DNA from: Felis catus
Lineage: Eukaryota
Length of the DNA: 64,000 nucleotides
Direction of reading: 5' to 3'
Assembly (NCBI RefSeq): GCF_018350175.1
Contig: NC_058368.1
Coordinates: 107,882,001 to 107,946,000 of the forward strand
Shown here: positions 1-13,774 of the stretch, one piece after another
Layout of the letters: every line of letters starts with the position of its first letter
Numbering within the stretch: the first letter of the stretch is position 1
Made by a program: the position numbers and the translations under genes
The notes under the pieces: model-generated
Seen by the model: the letters and a program-made list of their open reading frames with translations, nothing else
What the model was told of the DNA's origin: nothing
Database searches by the model: none

Positions 1-1026
1 GCTGTTTGCATGATGTATCTTTTTCTATCCTTTTACTTTTAATCTATTTAGAACTTTGAATCTAACAGGCATCTCTTAGACACAGCATATATTAGAGCTT
101 GTTTTTTTTTTTTAATCCAGTGGACGATCTTTTTTTTTTGCTTGGTTTGTTTAATTTATGCATATTTAGTTTTATTATTGATATAGTTGGATTTGCATTT
201 GCAATGTTACCTTTTGTTTTCTATACGTCTCATGTATTTTTCATTTCTCTATTCTTCCTTCACTGCTTTCTTTTGCTTAATCATTTTCTGATGTAACATT
301 TTCATTCCTTTAATGATTTTTCATAATTTTTTGTTGAGTTGTTTTCTTATTTTTTGCTGTAGGGCTACTTCTTAACTTACCAGAATCTTCATCAGATTTA
401 TATCAGATTCTTCATCAGATTTATATTAACTTAATTCCAGTAAGAGAGATAGAAATGCAGTTTTTGTAGCTCTACTCCATTTTCTTCTGTTTTGTCTTAT
501 TGTGGTTTTACATATTATATCTCTGTGTATCACAAAATCAACAATGCATTGTTGTAATTATTATTTTATATAATTTTGGATCTTTTCAGGAAGCTAAGAG
601 AGCAAGGAAAGCAAGTGTGTGTGTGTGTGTGTGTGTATAGTGTATATATACACACTTATTATATATATAGCATTTATTATATCTTATTTAGCAATAAATA
701 TCTTATTTACCATTTCTGGTTCTTTTTACTTGCTCCTGTGGATTCGAGTTAACATGTAGTGTCATTTCTTTAGTTCAATACAGTTTTGTTTTCATCTTCT
801 CCTTTTTGCTGTATTTCTATATATTACAAGTCCAACAATATGATTATACACATATTGGGGATTTTCAGTTCTTTTAATTCTGTAATTTTTTTAATCATAT
901 AATTTTATGATTTGATTTATCAGTTAAAATCATGTAAATTAAGTGATGTTTATTTACATTTAAAATTTCCTTTCACTAAAAGAACATTTACCTTTGAGTA
1001 CCTATATTTTTTTCACTTTTGTGACC

Positions 1027-1222
1027 CTTTATTTTTTTATTGAAGTACAATTAATATGCAATGATATATTAATTAGTTTCAGGTGAACGACATAGTGAAT
1101 CAACAATTCTATACATTACTCCATGGTCACTGTAAGTGTAGTCACCAATCATCACCGTACAACATCATTACAATATAATTGACTGTATTCTCTGTACTCT
1201 ACTTTTCATCTGTGATTTATTC
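1027..1222 (-). mobile_element. Short 3' end fragment of a carnivore L1
   Basis: poly-T followed by 'tattgaagtacaatt...tagtttcaggtg...catagtgaatc', similar to the L1 3' ends at 10790 and 47540. Confidence 0.65.
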
Positions 1223-1245
1223 AAAAAATTTTTATTGTATAAATA

Positions 1246-1452
1246 GAGGCACTTGGGTGGCTCAGTTGGGTAAGCATTCAACTTTGGCTCAGGTCATGAT
1301 CTATTGGTTCGTGGGTGATAGCCCTGTATGGGGACCTGTGCTGACAGCACAGAGCCTGGAGCCTGCTTCAGATTCTGTGTCTCCCTCCCTCTCTGCTCCT
1401 CACCTGCTCACACTCTGTCTCTGTCTCTCAAAAATAAACAAACATTTAAAAA
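1246..1452 (+). mobile_element. CanSINE (SINEC_Fc-like)
   Basis: tRNA-like head 'gggtggctcagttgg', (CT)n tract, aaaataaa/A tail. Confidence 0.95.
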
Positions 1453-2205
1453 CAAGAAGTTTTTTTTTTAATGTTTATTGTTTTAGTCAATTACTTTTTA
1501 AGTCAATTATGAGAAGAAAGGAAAAGAAATGTGCATTTATACATTTATACTGTCTTTTATAATTATGTAACTCCCTTTACCAGTGCTTTTGGTTTTTTCT
1601 TAGGTGTTTGAATGACTCTCTAGGGTTACTTGCTTTCAGTCTGAAAAACTTCCTTTAGTATTTCTCATAACACACGTCTGCTAACAACACACATGCTTTC
1701 GGTTTTTAGTGATATGAAATGTTTTTATTTTCTCTTACCTTTGAAATAAGATTTTTCTTGTTTGACAGGTTTTTTTTTTTCCTTTGAGCATTTTGGCTCT
1801 AGTAAGATTTTTCTGGATTTATGACTCTTGGTTGACAGGGTTTTTTGGGGGTTTTTTTTTGAGCACCTTTAAGCACTTCTTACCTCCATTGTTTCTGATG
1901 AGAAATCAATGATTAATTTCATTGAAGTTCCTTCGTAAGTGACAAGACATTTTTCTCTTACAACTTTTAAGATTTTCTTCTTATCTTTGACTTTCTGCAT
2001 TTTTATTAGGAATTGTCTCTGTGTTGATCTCTTTCTGTTCATTCTACTTGGATTCCAATAAGCTTCTCAGATACATAGGTTTTCATTCAATTTAGGACAT
2101 GTACAGCCATTATTTCTTCAAATATTTTGTCCTCTTTTTTCTCTCTTTCTAAATACTTGATTTTGTGTATGTTGTTGATTTTAATGGTGTCCCACATTTC
2201 TCGGA

Positions 2206-2756
2206 TGTAATGCCCCCGATTTCGAATCCGAGAGACCACCAAGGAGCCAATACCGATGCAAACTCACGAGGGTTTATTTGCAAGCTTGAGCTTGGGCCCA
2301 AGTATACCCGACACAGCGGAGCAGGGACTTGGACCCCTAGGTTAAGAGGCGTAGTGGTTTTATAGGGGCCAGTGGCCAATGAGATTGTAACACACACATA
2401 AAGTTGCATAGTCATGTCAGTCCACACGCAGGTAGGTGGCCAATTGAATTACAATTTACCCTCTAGTAACTGTTTGAACTAGCCTATCACTCTGGTCAGA
2501 ATTGGCACGCAAGTTTGGCAGGCAAAAGGCGGGGTTTACATTCTTTGGCAGTTAGGGGTTCCGTATTCCTATATGAGCCAGTTTCCAGTAAGGGTGTGCT
2601 CAGCGGCTTGACTAGGGTGGGGGAGTGTCTTAAGCAATAAGTAGGTCATGTGGGGGTTATACATGAGATGGTGGGTGTAGCACAAATTGGAGTTAGTTAG
2701 TCTTGCTCTGATTGTCCAGGGGTAGGGGATTCTTGTTAAATTCCTTGGGTCCCACA
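2206..2756 (-). mobile_element. Solo ERV LTR (~551 bp), relatively young
   Basis: TG...CA termini; 5-bp TSD tcgga (2201-2205) / ttgga (2757-2761); minus-strand TATAAAA (2358-2364) and AATAAA (2273-2278); CpG-rich; cleanly interrupts the old L1. Confidence 0.85.
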
Positions 2757-4620
2757 TTGGAGACTCTGTTTTTCTTCATTCTCTTTTCTCTATATTCTTT
2801 GGATTACATAATCTCTGTCAACTCATATTTGCTAATTCATTCTTCTGCCGGTTCACATCTACTGTTGAGCACCTCTAGTGAATTTTTCCTTTCAGTTATT
2901 GTCCTTTCCAACTCCAAAATCTCCATTTGATTCTTTCTTATAATCTCTAACTCTATATTGATATTCTCTATTTGATGAGACATTGTCTTCACACTCTTCT
3001 TTAATCATGGTTTCCTTTCGTTCTCTAAATGTATTTACCACCACTAATTTGAAATGCTTGTCAGTTAAATCTGACATTGGATTGCTCTTCCAGGCAGTTT
3101 GCTTTGCTTCCTTTTCACCCCCTATATACCAGTTACATTTTTCTGTTTCTTTGCAGGTCTCATAATTTTGGTTAAAATTAGGACATTTTAGCAACTCTGG
3201 GTACTGGTCCCTCTCCTCTGGAGACTGTTATTGTTTATTTGTTTAGTGACTGGTTGGATTATTTTTTTCTATTTCCCCCTCCTCTCCCACCCCTTTAAGG
3301 TCTCAGGCATTCCTCTTCAGAGTATATAGCCTTGGGCATGCTTACAGTAAGTAGTTTGGACAAGGTTCTTTTTGACTCTTACTTTCCCTGACTGCATCCA
3401 TCTGTTAAGCTTCAATAATTGCTGGGTGATTGCTCCATTGTTTTCAATGAGGCTCTGTGGTATAAATTGTGCCCTAGACTGATCTACTTAATCAGGATCC
3501 CTTGCAGAGATAGTATTTGAGGCCAGTGTTTGAGATTTGTTCTGACTCTAGAATGGCTCTTCTTAGCTTTTCTTTTCCCTGGTTCCCTCTGGTAAACTAG
3601 CTGGTCTCTGGATCAGTTTCTATCTGTAATGAAGCTACTGTCCTGCTCTTAATTACCTTGCACCAGAACCTCCATTGTTTTTGAGTGCCCTCAGGCGTGA
3701 ACATGCTTACATTTTGTTTCAAATAGTCAGTTCTCCTGGATAGAACTTGAGAGCTCCCTAATTTATGGCTGCCTCTTCCCCTGGGCACAATCTCTAAGCC
3801 AAGGGGCTAGAGCTGGGGCTGGGAATAGTGGTATGCTTTTGTCTGAGTGATTCCTGCTTTTGTTACTGTGCACTGGATGGGAGTGGTTGCCTCTGGTCTT
3901 CTTCGCTTGCCTCTCCTGGCCTGCAACCTCAGACCTATGAATGAGCTGGGGCTGAGGCCCCAGTATTCTTAGAGTCATACACACATAAATGTAACATTTC
4001 TTTCCACACATGGGGGCTGGGCAGAAAAAGGGAGGCCACAAACTCTTGGCAGCACTTAATAGGAACTTAGTTATGCAAGTAGTAGCTGTGGGGTACAATG
4101 AGAAATGTGGATGTTCTGCCCTCTTGAGAAGACAGTGTAGCTTTTGATGGTGTGCTTGACCAAAAGGGAGCCCTGTGTTCTTTGGATTGCAATTTCTGTC
4201 ACATTGGCCAAGGAAGCAGGGAGAAGGGAATGGGTTGTGGATCAAAGGCACAAATTACTGCTGTTCTTACTTTTAGTAGATTTTCTTAAAGAAGTGTTTT
4301 TTCCCTTGCTGTATATCTTTAGAATTATTTCCAGAGACTTCAAATGGTTTTAAAAAATGACTTCAATAATTTATTGAATACTATGTATTCCCTAAGAAGC
4401 CTAAGAAATAAAATATCATAGAAGCAATCATAGCCCTCTGTATTCTACTTCCTATATTCTTCTAACCCATTTCCCTCTCTTTCTCCATAAATAACCATTA
4501 TCTTGAATTTACTGTTCCATGTTTCTATCATATTTTTATAATTTATTTCATATGTATATTCTGAAACAGAAAACATGATTCACTCAAATATACAATAAGA
4601 TAAATATTAAGACAGTGAGC

Positions 4621-4830
4621 AGAGTGCCTGGGTGGCTCAGTTGATTAAGCGTCTGACTTTGGCTAAGGTCATGATCTTGCGGTTTGTGAGTTCGAGCCCC
4701 ATGTCAGGCTCTGTGCTGACAGCTCAGAGCCTGAAGCCTGCTTTTGATTCTGTGTCTCCCTCTCTCTCTGCCTTTCTCCTGCTTGTGCTGTCTCAAAAAT
4801 AAATAAACATTTAAAAAAAATTTTTTTAAA
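4621..4830 (+). mobile_element. CanSINE
   Basis: typical head, (CT)n tract and A tail; flanking aagacag repeat. Confidence 0.95.
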
Positions 4831-5464
4831 GACAGCATATTTCATAAATAAATTTAGCTCTTGTTTGAAAGAACACCAATAAAGGCAAGAATATTGTCAG
4901 AAAGTAGCCTTAAAGTTTATCATTTGTAACTTAGAAGTAATTACTTCATTGTTATATAAAAATATCTGAAGTGACATTAAATCCTACCATCATTAATTGG
5001 TAATCACATCTACATTGTCAAGTGTTTCAGGGAATGTTGATTCTGGTTTCCTAGTGTTACAGTGCCCTGATAAAACACTATGGAGTATTAATGTGCATGT
5101 CTCTCATTCCCAACGTAGCAAATTCTGCTCGGCATGAACACATGTGGCCTGGCCATAGCAATACTCATGTGGGAAACTGGTGGAAACAGAATGGATAGCA
5201 ATTTAAGAGAGGTGGATTGTTATTTCAGGAGGTGAGTAGAACAACAGAGAAGTGTATGAAAGTCCAGAGTCAGTAAATTTTGAAGGACTTGAGTTGGGAA
5301 CCAGAGAAAGTAGGAGGGTAGGAGAAGGATTTGTAGTCTCTCTGTGACGGATTCGCCTGGCTAAAAAGATGTGTGGCTCAGAAGAAAGGAGGTCTATAGT
5401 ATGTTGAAGTCTTATGTTCGAGGAAGGGGGTAGAAATCAGTACTAAGTTCATTAGCAGGGGCCT

Positions 5465-5996
5465 GACATAGACCTAAGATAACCCCAAATGACCATGTCC
5501 TATAAGTGGAGATCCCCTCTCTTCGAATGTGCGTGGAACCCATGTATATGGATGGGTTATCACTCCAGTAGTTATGTTGTAGTAAATGGAAAAGGAAAAG
5601 TATATGGAAAAGGTGGAGGGATTTTAATGAGGCTGACTTTATCAGTTGATCCCTTTGAAAGCAAAAGCTCTCCTGCTACCCTTGAAGAAGTAAGCAGCCA
5701 TGTCATGAACTACCTAGGGAAATGGGCAGGTTCTGGGAGCAGAGGGCCTCAGTCCTATAGGCACAAGGAACTTAATTCTACCAACTGTCTAGATGAACTT
5801 GGAAGAGGGCTCTGAGCTCCAGATGAGAATGCATGCTAGCCAATACCTTGATTGGAGGCTTGTGACATCCAGAGCAGGAGACACAATTAAGCCATGCCCA
5901 GACTCGTGACCCAAGGAAAGTGAGGCAGTAAATTTGTATTGTTTTTAAACCACTATCTTTGTGGTAATTTGTTCCACAGCAATCAAAAACTAATCA
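5465..5996 (+). mobile_element. MaLR LTR (MLT1-like)
   Basis: 'aaggaacttaattctaccaac', 'ctccagatgagaatgca' and the 3' end 'ttgtggtaatttgttccacagcaatcaaaaactaatca' match the MLT1 pattern. Confidence 0.75.
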
Positions 5997-7836
5997 AGAC
6001 CTCTTTCAGACGTTTGGTTAGGGCAGGAAAATATCTAGCCAGGCTTCTAAAGAAAAATATCACAATAACTTAGATCATTTTGGAAAATATTTGATTATTG
6101 TGACTATCCCATTTGCCTTTGTCTAGTCCATTATTTTAAAGACCTGAGAAGAGCCATTCTTGAGCTAGTTAGTTTTTTAAGACTGTTTCCTCATTGCTTA
6201 GTTTTAGAACATTTTGCCTATGGCTATTGACTAGTTTTTCAAATATTATAGCAATATTTTCTATTTATGAAATGATGGCATTTGAAGCTGGTAACTATGA
6301 CAAACTGGTTGTTCTTCTATGAAAGACTGACATCCTCATTTCTATAATTATATTTCCAATGGTCTCACCTGGCTTTTTCCACTCAAAGTAACTCACTGTT
6401 ATTGAAGGAAACAAAAATAAATGTCTTAATAATTTTCTAATTAGCACTTCAGGCAAATCTAAGATAGATGTTGGAATGGTTGATATGTACACAATGTCTT
6501 AGCAATCATAAACAAGAAAGAAGACATCTGTGCTTCGGAAAGAACCATTCAAAACATTTGGTACCCCACCCTTTCGTTTTTACGTTTAATCTGTGCTCTT
6601 CTACTCAAAATCCTTTGGAAGATTAGCAATCCCTCTGTAACATTATTTATTTAATAAAAATGAATATTTGCTTATTTTGATTTTTATTTCATTTTGTGTG
6701 TTAAAAATTTTTTTTTCCATAAAGGAATAAAGGATTCAAAGAAATTGAATTTGCTCTGACCTTTATATCATTTTAAGGGCCAGCGAATTTCTGAAGATAC
6801 AAGATTAAACAAATCTCTGTAATTAATTGGTTTAGATTAGTCAGGATAAATATTATGCTTCATTTTAGAAACGTATAATAATGGCATGGAGTTGAGAAGA
6901 ATCTTCTCCATGTGTCGTGAGGTTGCTCATGAGAAAAGCTAGCCTATGGAGTGGCCAGGCAAAGTTTATAGGTGGATGTCTGCTCTTCTTTCTTTTCAGT
7001 TCCATTTCTTGCCAAGAAGTGGCAAAAATCTTCCAAAATCTAATGCCCCAAAGGGCAGCGTAGTATGACAGCAACTGCTCAGAAAATCTTTTGAGAGGGA
7101 GGGGAAAAAAGTGCTTAGGAATGATTCCACATCATCAGCCCAAGAATTTGAGGGAGTCGCTTAAAGGCAAAGCAGTAGGTCACTTGTTTCTAGTACTGCA
7201 AGGTATTTCAGTCTATAGTCACCTGGGTTAAAACATGCGAGGACACATTAGGAGCCATGTTTCACATTCATTCACTGTTAGGATCTTGAAAAAAGTTGCT
7301 GGCCTGAGTACCTTGTTACTCTCTCATTAGAAAAATAGCAACCCAAGTGATCCTGTGACACTGCCTTTCTCTGCCATAGGAGAGCAGCACTTCCCAAAGC
7401 CTGGCATCTGATAACACATTATACCGTAATCAGAAATTACCCTACACCAAAGAGAGCTAATGGAGCAGAAGAAAATCTTTAGAAACAAGTCCCCTTTTGT
7501 TATCGGAGAGCTTTTCACAAGTCACTCTGTTTCCTTGCAGTGTGTGGTACATTAGCAGAGACAAAGACCTGAGCCTCTCTAGTAACCTGTGAAGTAAATA
7601 GGTCAGCTAATCTGGACTGAATTCACTGCAGTTTGCAGCAGGTAAAGTTCTTTGCCAACCCATGCCTGTGATGTCTCTCTACTCCTTCAGCCAGGAGGAA
7701 TTAGTGCTCTAGCACATAGCACATGAAACCAGCACTGACTGGGTTTTTAATGTATAATTTTAACTAGCCTTTTCTTCTGTTGCTTGCCATCCTTGGCTAG
7801 TTCCATGAGCTAACAGTGTTGGAAATGACTTCGTTT

Positions 7837-8058
7837 GGGGCGCCTGGGTGGCTCAGTCGGTTGGGCGGCTGACCGGCTCAGGTCATGATCTCGCGGTCCA
7901 TGAGTTCGAGCCCTGCGTCAGGCTCTGTGCTGACAGCTCAGAGCCTGGAGCCTGTTTCAGATTCTGTGTCTCCCTCTCTCTGACCCTCCCCCGTTCATGC
8001 TCTGTCTCTCTCTGTCTCAAAAATAAATAAACGTTAAAAAAGATAATAAAAAAAAAAA
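7837..8058 (+). mobile_element. Young CanSINE (SINEC_Fc)
   Basis: ggggcgcctgggtggctcagtcgg head; perfect 15-bp TSD gaaatgacttcgttt (7822-7836, 8059-8073). Confidence 0.98.
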
Positions 8059-8216
8059 GAAATGACTTCGTTTATTTATTTTCTATCACTGCTGCAACTG
8101 CTTGAATCAGAACAAATTATGAAATAAATCTTAGTCTGTACTCTTGGACTGTAACTACAAAGTATGCATATTTACACTGGATGCAAATAATTGTCTTTCC
8201 TTAATAATATTAATGA

Positions 8217-8437
8217 GGAGCACCTGGGTAGCTCAGTCAGTTAAGTGTCCGACTCTTGGTTTCAGCTCAGTTTATGATCTACAGTTCATGAGTTTGAGCT
8301 CCCATTAGGCTCTGTGCTGGCAGCGTGGAGCCTGCTTGGGATTCACTCTCACTCTCTCTCTCCCTGTGCCTCTGCCATGCACACACACACTCTCTCTGTC
8401 TCTCTCTCTCAAAATAAATACACTTTTTAAAAAATAA
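8217..8437 (+). mobile_element. CanSINE (older subfamily)
   Basis: head, (CT)/(CA) tract, A tail; imperfect TSD aatatt(a/t)atga. Confidence 0.93.
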
Positions 8438-8624
8438 AAATATTTATGAAATACTTATTTCTTCATAAATACTAAATAAAGGGAACAAGACCAATGATGA
8501 CCTCCTAAATCAGTCTTGTGTTTAAGCCTCCATATCTGTCATTATGATATATAGCATCTTTTTCTGAGCATCCTTTTGCATTTTTCTCCCCATCTCCAAC
8601 TCTGGTTAATTTATTCAATACAAT

Positions 8625-8900
8625 TTAAAAAATAATAAATGGACTTTGTTGGAGACGTTTGAGATTTACAAAAAAATGAACAAAAGAAGAGTGAGTTCCC
8701 ATATACTGCCTCACCACTTTCCTCAGTGTCCCCTTTTGTTACCCATTTTTAGTGCAATACATTTGTTACAGTTGATGAGACAATGCTGAGACATCATCAT
8801 TAACTAAAGTCTATCATTTACATCAGTGTTCACTTTTGTGTTGTGTTTGTTGTGTTGTATATGTTTTTTGACAAATATACAATGAGATGTTTCCACCGTT
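8625..8900 (-). mobile_element. Old L1 (L1MB/MC-like) 3' end fragment
   Basis: 'gagttcccatatac...acatttgttacagttgatgag...taactaaagtc' resembles an antisense L1M 3'UTR. Confidence 0.55.
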
Positions 8901-9705
8901 ATTTTAAAAAGAATCCAGATACCACTTTGAGTGTTAGTTTTCTGGTTTTGCAGATACTGTAAAACTAAACAAGAAAATAATACTGTCCTTGTTGAGCTCC
9001 AGAATTGCCAATTGACCGTTAAGGTACTTCCAGCGTACCCACCACTATATGTTGTTTCTGTCGATGTGAGTGATCGCTGATGTGCAAGAATGCTTTTCTT
9101 CTTTTTCTGTGGTGAAGATGAAAGCTGCCTTGTTTATGTTAAGTGAGTAGATCCAAATGAGAACTAAGAGGAACATCCAGATGAGGTCTTCTACCCATCC
9201 TAGTTTGTGACTATCTCCATTACCTTCCAATACATGTATACTTGAATCTCACATATAAGAAAGATGATGGTGGGGATTTTGGCCATGGTAGAGTTTTGGT
9301 GACATCTAGGAAAACCCTTAACTAAACTTTCTCATTAGCAATTTTCCCGCTCTCTTTTTATTTAAAAATTTGTGTACTTGATCTTTCCCTTTTTTTCATT
9401 GGGATTAGGTTGTAACATGTTTTATTGATTTATAAAATATAAGGTTGTATTGTTTTATTCTTCATAAATATTCTCAACTTTTATCCTTATTCTTTTCAGT
9501 GTTATTAGATTCATAATTTTTTTTTCTGGAAAAAGGATTCACACATCTTTATTTTCCTCTTTGTATGTAAAACTATGTTTTACTTTTTCTATGCTAAACA
9601 TATATGCATAAATAATATAAATGTACATGAAAATTTTAAGTAGTAATAATAAACACACATGTATTTATTGCACAGGATAAGAAATAGAATTTTACTAATA
9701 TCTTC

Positions 9706-9910
9706 TTTTTTTATTATGGCTTATTTATTGTTGAGAGACAGAGTGTGAGCGGGGAAGGGGCAGAGAGAGAGGAAGACACAAAATCTGAAGCAGGTGCCAG
9801 GCTCTGAGCTGTCAGCACAAAGCCCAGTGCGGGGCTCAAACTTACAAGCTGGGAGACCATGACCTGAGCTGAAGTCGGAAACCCAACTGACTGAGCCACC
9901 CAGGAGCCCC
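9706..9910 (-). mobile_element. CanSINE
   Basis: reverse complement of the SINE; TSD aatttta(c/t)taatatctt. Confidence 0.95.
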
Positions 9911-10224
9911 TAATTTTATTAATATCTTAGAAAGGCACTGAATAAACCTCTCTGGTGCTTTTCTCCTTCTTTTCCCCTAACAAAATCCACAGTCCTGAAG
10001 TTTATGGTACTCATTACTTAGCTTTGCTTGATAGTTTTACTACCTGTATATTTATCCTTAAGCAATATACTGGTAAATTTTGCCACCATTTATACATAAT
10101 AGGAATGAAATTATGCTGTATTTTTCTAAGACTAGCTTCTTTTGTTTAGTATTATATTTTTGAGTTCACTTGTTTTCACAGCTATATATTTTCCAAAGAA
10201 TAAGTATACCAGAATGTATTCATT

Positions 10225-10694
10225 TGAATAGGAGCAGAATAAGCAACCCCAAAATGTGCCACTTTTATATGTGGATTATTTTGAGCTGGAAGCAATCAAG
10301 ACCCAGCAGACTCAAAAACTTTTACCTCTCTCTTAGCTGCCTGAAAGAATTTAGATAGGGGGCCTAGCACAGAAAGAGAAGTTTTACCAGAGAATTTTTT
10401 ATCTGAAAGACATAACTGCATGGCAGGGCAAACATCTCATTACCAAATGTCTGTTCTATTTATCTCCCTATGGATTGTTCTGTTTGCCTTCTAGCCCTGG
10501 ACCCCTGTGTCATTTCTTAGCTCAGGATGGCTCACAAGCCTCAGTTGCCTGATTGTCTTTGGGTCTCATATTTTTATGGGGCTTCCATGCCTATGAAATT
10601 AAATTTGTTTTTCTCATATTAATCTGTTGTAAATCAATTTAATTAGTATGCCAAAGAACCTAGGAAGGTATAAGAAAATTTGTCCACCTTGACA
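10225..10694 (+). mobile_element. Solo LTR, ERV1 class (MER34-like)
   Basis: TG...CA; start 'ggagcagaataagcaaccccaaaatgtgcc' resembles the MER34 group; 4-bp TSD catt/tatt. Confidence 0.7.
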
Positions 10695-10771
10695 TATTTA
10701 ACTGTGAATGAAGTCACATTCTTTCCCATTTTAACTATTAGGAACACCATTCCTAATGGGCAAAAAAATAT

Positions 10772-12391
10772 TTTTGATCTTTAATTTATTTATTTTTATT
10801 TTACTTAAATCCAAGTTAGTTAACTTATAGTTTAAGAATGGTTTCAGGAGTAGAATTTAGTGATTCATCACTTACATATAACACCCAGTGTTATTATCCC
10901 AAAAGTGCCCTCCTTAATGCCTATCACCCATTTAGCCCATTCCCCGCCCCCGCAGCAACCCTCAGTTTGTTCTCTATACTTAGGAGTCTCTTACGGTTTG
11001 CTTCTCTCTGTTTTTATCTTATTTTTCCTTCCCTTCCCCTATGTTCATTTGTTTTGTTTCTTAAATTCCACATGAGTGAAATTATATGATATTTATCTTT
11101 CTCTGAATAATTTATTTTGCTTAGCATAATACATTCTAGTTCCATCCATGTTGTTGCAATTTGCAAGATTTCGTTCCTTTTAACTGCCAAGTAATATTCC
11201 ACTGAATATATAAACCACATTTTCCTTATCCATTCATCCATCGATGGATATTTGGGCTCTTTCCGTAATTTAGCTATTGTTGATAGCACTGCTGTAAACA
11301 TCGGAGTGCATGTTCCCCTTTGAACCAGCATTTTTGTATCCTTTGGATAAATGCCTAGAGGTACAATTACTGGGTCATAGAGTAGCTCTATTTTTAATTT
11401 TTTAAGGAATCTCCATACTGTGTTCTAGAGTGACTGCATTCCCACCAACTGTGTGAAAGTGTTCCCTTTTTAAAAATCTTTTTACACTTACTTATTTTGA
11501 GAGAAAGACAGAACGTGCATAAGAGTTGGGGAGGGGCAGAGAGAGAGAGGGAGAGAGAGAATCCCGAGGCAGGCTCCGTGCTGTCAGTGCAGAGTCCAGT
11601 TTGGGGCTCAATGCTATGAACTGCGAGACCATGACCTGAGCCAAAATCAAGAGTCCAACACCCAACCAACTGAGCCACTCTGGTGCCCCAAAAGTGTTCC
11701 CTTTCTCCGCATCCTCATCAACATCTATTGTTTTTGTGTTGTTGATTTTAGCCTTTCTGACAGTTGTGAGGTTGTATTTCATTGTGGTTTTGATTTGTAC
11801 TTCCCTGATGATGAGCAATGTTGAGCATCTTTTCATATGTCTATTAGCCATCTGGATGTCTTCTTTGGAAAAGTGTCTGTTCATGTCTTTTGCCCATTTC
11901 TTTACTGGATTTGTTTGTTTGTTTGTTTGTTTTGCGGGTTGAGTTTGATAAGTTCTTTATAGATTCCGTATACTAACCCTTTTTCTGAAATGTCATTTGT
12001 AAATATCTCCTGTTCCATCTATAGTTTTGTTGATTGTTTGCTGTGCAGAAGCTTTTTATCTTTATGAGGGCCCAGTAGTTCATTTTTGCTTTTATTTCCT
12101 TTGCCTCCACAGATATGTCTAGTAAGAAGTTGCTGTGGCAAAGGTCAAAGAGGTTGTTGCCTGTTTTCTTCTCTAGGATTTTGTTGGCTTCCTGTCTTAC
12201 ATTTAGGTCTTTCATCCATTTTATTTTTGTGTATGGTATAAGAAAATGGTCCAGGTTTATTCTTCTGCCTATTGCTGTCCAGTTTTCCTGACACCATTTA
12301 CTGAAGAGACTGCCTTTTTTCCATTGGATATTCTTTCCTGCTTTGTCAAAGATGAGTTGGCTATACATTTGTGGGTCCATTTCTGAATTCT
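10772..12391 (-). mobile_element. 5'-truncated carnivore L1 (ORF2 C-terminus + 3'UTR), frameshifted
   Basis: ORFs 11014-11331, 11492-11884 and 11973-12380 translate to L1 ORF2p ([44 protein letters not shown]). Confidence 0.95.
11470..11690 (-). mobile_element. CanSINE nested in L1 ORF2
   Basis: 14-bp TSD aaagtgttcccttt (11456-11469, 11691-11704). Confidence 0.95.
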
Positions 12392-12549
12392 CAAAAAGAA
12401 ATTTTTTTTTGAGAAATATACCAAAATGTGGCCATTCTACCCTGAATGAACATTTGGATTAAATCCCTATTTTTTGCTATTTGGGACAATCTTCCTATGA
12501 GCATTCTTGTACATGTCTCATTGTATAAGTTCAAATGTTTTCATTTTTT

Positions 12550-12766
12550 AAAAAAAAATTTTAATGTTTATTTATTTTTGAGAGAGAGAGAGAGAGATGG
12601 AGTGTAAACGGGTGAGCGGCAGAGAGAGGGAGACACAGAATCCAAAGCAGGCTCCAGGCTCCAAGCTGTCAGCCCAGAGCCCGACGCGGGGCTCGAACTC
12701 ACAAACTGTGAGATCATGACCTGACTGAAGTCAAACACTTAACCAACTGAGCCACCCAGGCACCCC
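12550..12766 (-). mobile_element. CanSINE
   Basis: TSD aaatgttttcatttttt on both sides. Confidence 0.95.
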
Positions 12767-13774
12767 AAATGTTTTCATTTTTTATTTTTATTTTAAACCA
12801 CTAAGGGTATACCACATACCATTTACATGCTTAATACTAAAACTATTTGGCAATATGGCTGAATAAGTTTACATTTACACAAGTATTAAGAGTTTCCATT
12901 GCTTCATATATTTGAACACACTATGGGATAAAATTTTAATTTTTGACAATTTGGTGAGTCTGAAATGGAACAAATTTGGTCCTAATATATCTTTGCATCT
13001 GTCTGACCTCTATGGCATCTGTGGTCACATCCCTTTTTCATTGCTTCTTTGTAATTTCTCTCTCCCTTTTTATTAATCTGGCTAGATTTTTTAAACATTT
13101 TAATTGCCTTTTCAAAAAAAGCAGCCTTCGTTCTTTGTTTAATTTCTGTGTTTTGTTGGTTTTCTATTTTATTAAGTCTATATTTTACTCTATTACCTTT
13201 TTTCTTCTTCTTTATTTGGTTTACTTTTTATTTATTTCTAATTTCTTAAGTTATATAATGCTTTCATTAATGTTAAGCCTTTATTCTTTAATCATGTAAG
13301 CTTTCAAGCTACATTTCCCCTAAATATTTAGCTCTTTCCCACAATTTAAAATCATTTTAATCCCTTTCTAAACACTTTTTACTTCCTATTATGACTTCAT
13401 TTTAATTCATGAGTTATTTAGAAATGTATTTAAAAATTTTTGATATTTGGGTTCTTCTAGTTGTCATTGGGTTATTGATATCTATGTTCATTATGTGTGG
13501 TCACAGAATCTGTTGTTTTACAGTTTACCATTTACCATATGTTTTACCATTCCTTTGATATGTTTTGAGATTTGCATTATGGCCTTAGAAAAAAATATAT
13601 AATTATATTACTGTGTTGAGAGTGCTTGGAAAGATTTATTCTCTAATTGGCCCATGCAATTTTTTATATATAATCATTAAATTAAACTTGTTAATCCTAT
13701 CGTTTAGGTATTCTATGTCTTTAATGACTGTTTTTGATTACTCTAGCTCTCACTCTCTTACCATTGACTGAGAA

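Larger units (their letters stand above)
1..4340 (-). mobile_element. Old, degraded L1M-type LINE-1 (ORF1/5' region), interrupted by an L1 3' fragment, a SINE and an LTR
   Basis: T-rich plus strand typical of antisense L1; the degraded minus-strand ORF 2892-3194 looks like L1 ORF1; the more GC-rich 3600-4300 stretch resembles a 5'UTR. Boundaries approximate. Confidence 0.6.

Noticed and set aside
3763..4251. 162-aa ORF on the minus strand
   Set aside because: Lies in the GC-richer 5' part of a decayed L1, with no recognisable domain or splice context.
7848..8030. Recurrent ORFs of the type MAQSV...AQVMISQ...SLEPASDSVS (also 1179, 9714, 40468, 47885, 60049, 60840)
   Set aside because: They are translations of CanSINE bodies, not a gene family. 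The dispersed SINEs are not a CRISPR-like array.
8441..8471. 10-bp stem hairpin tatttatgaa...ttcataaata
   Set aside because: AT-rich, overlaps a SINE TSD and is plausible by chance.
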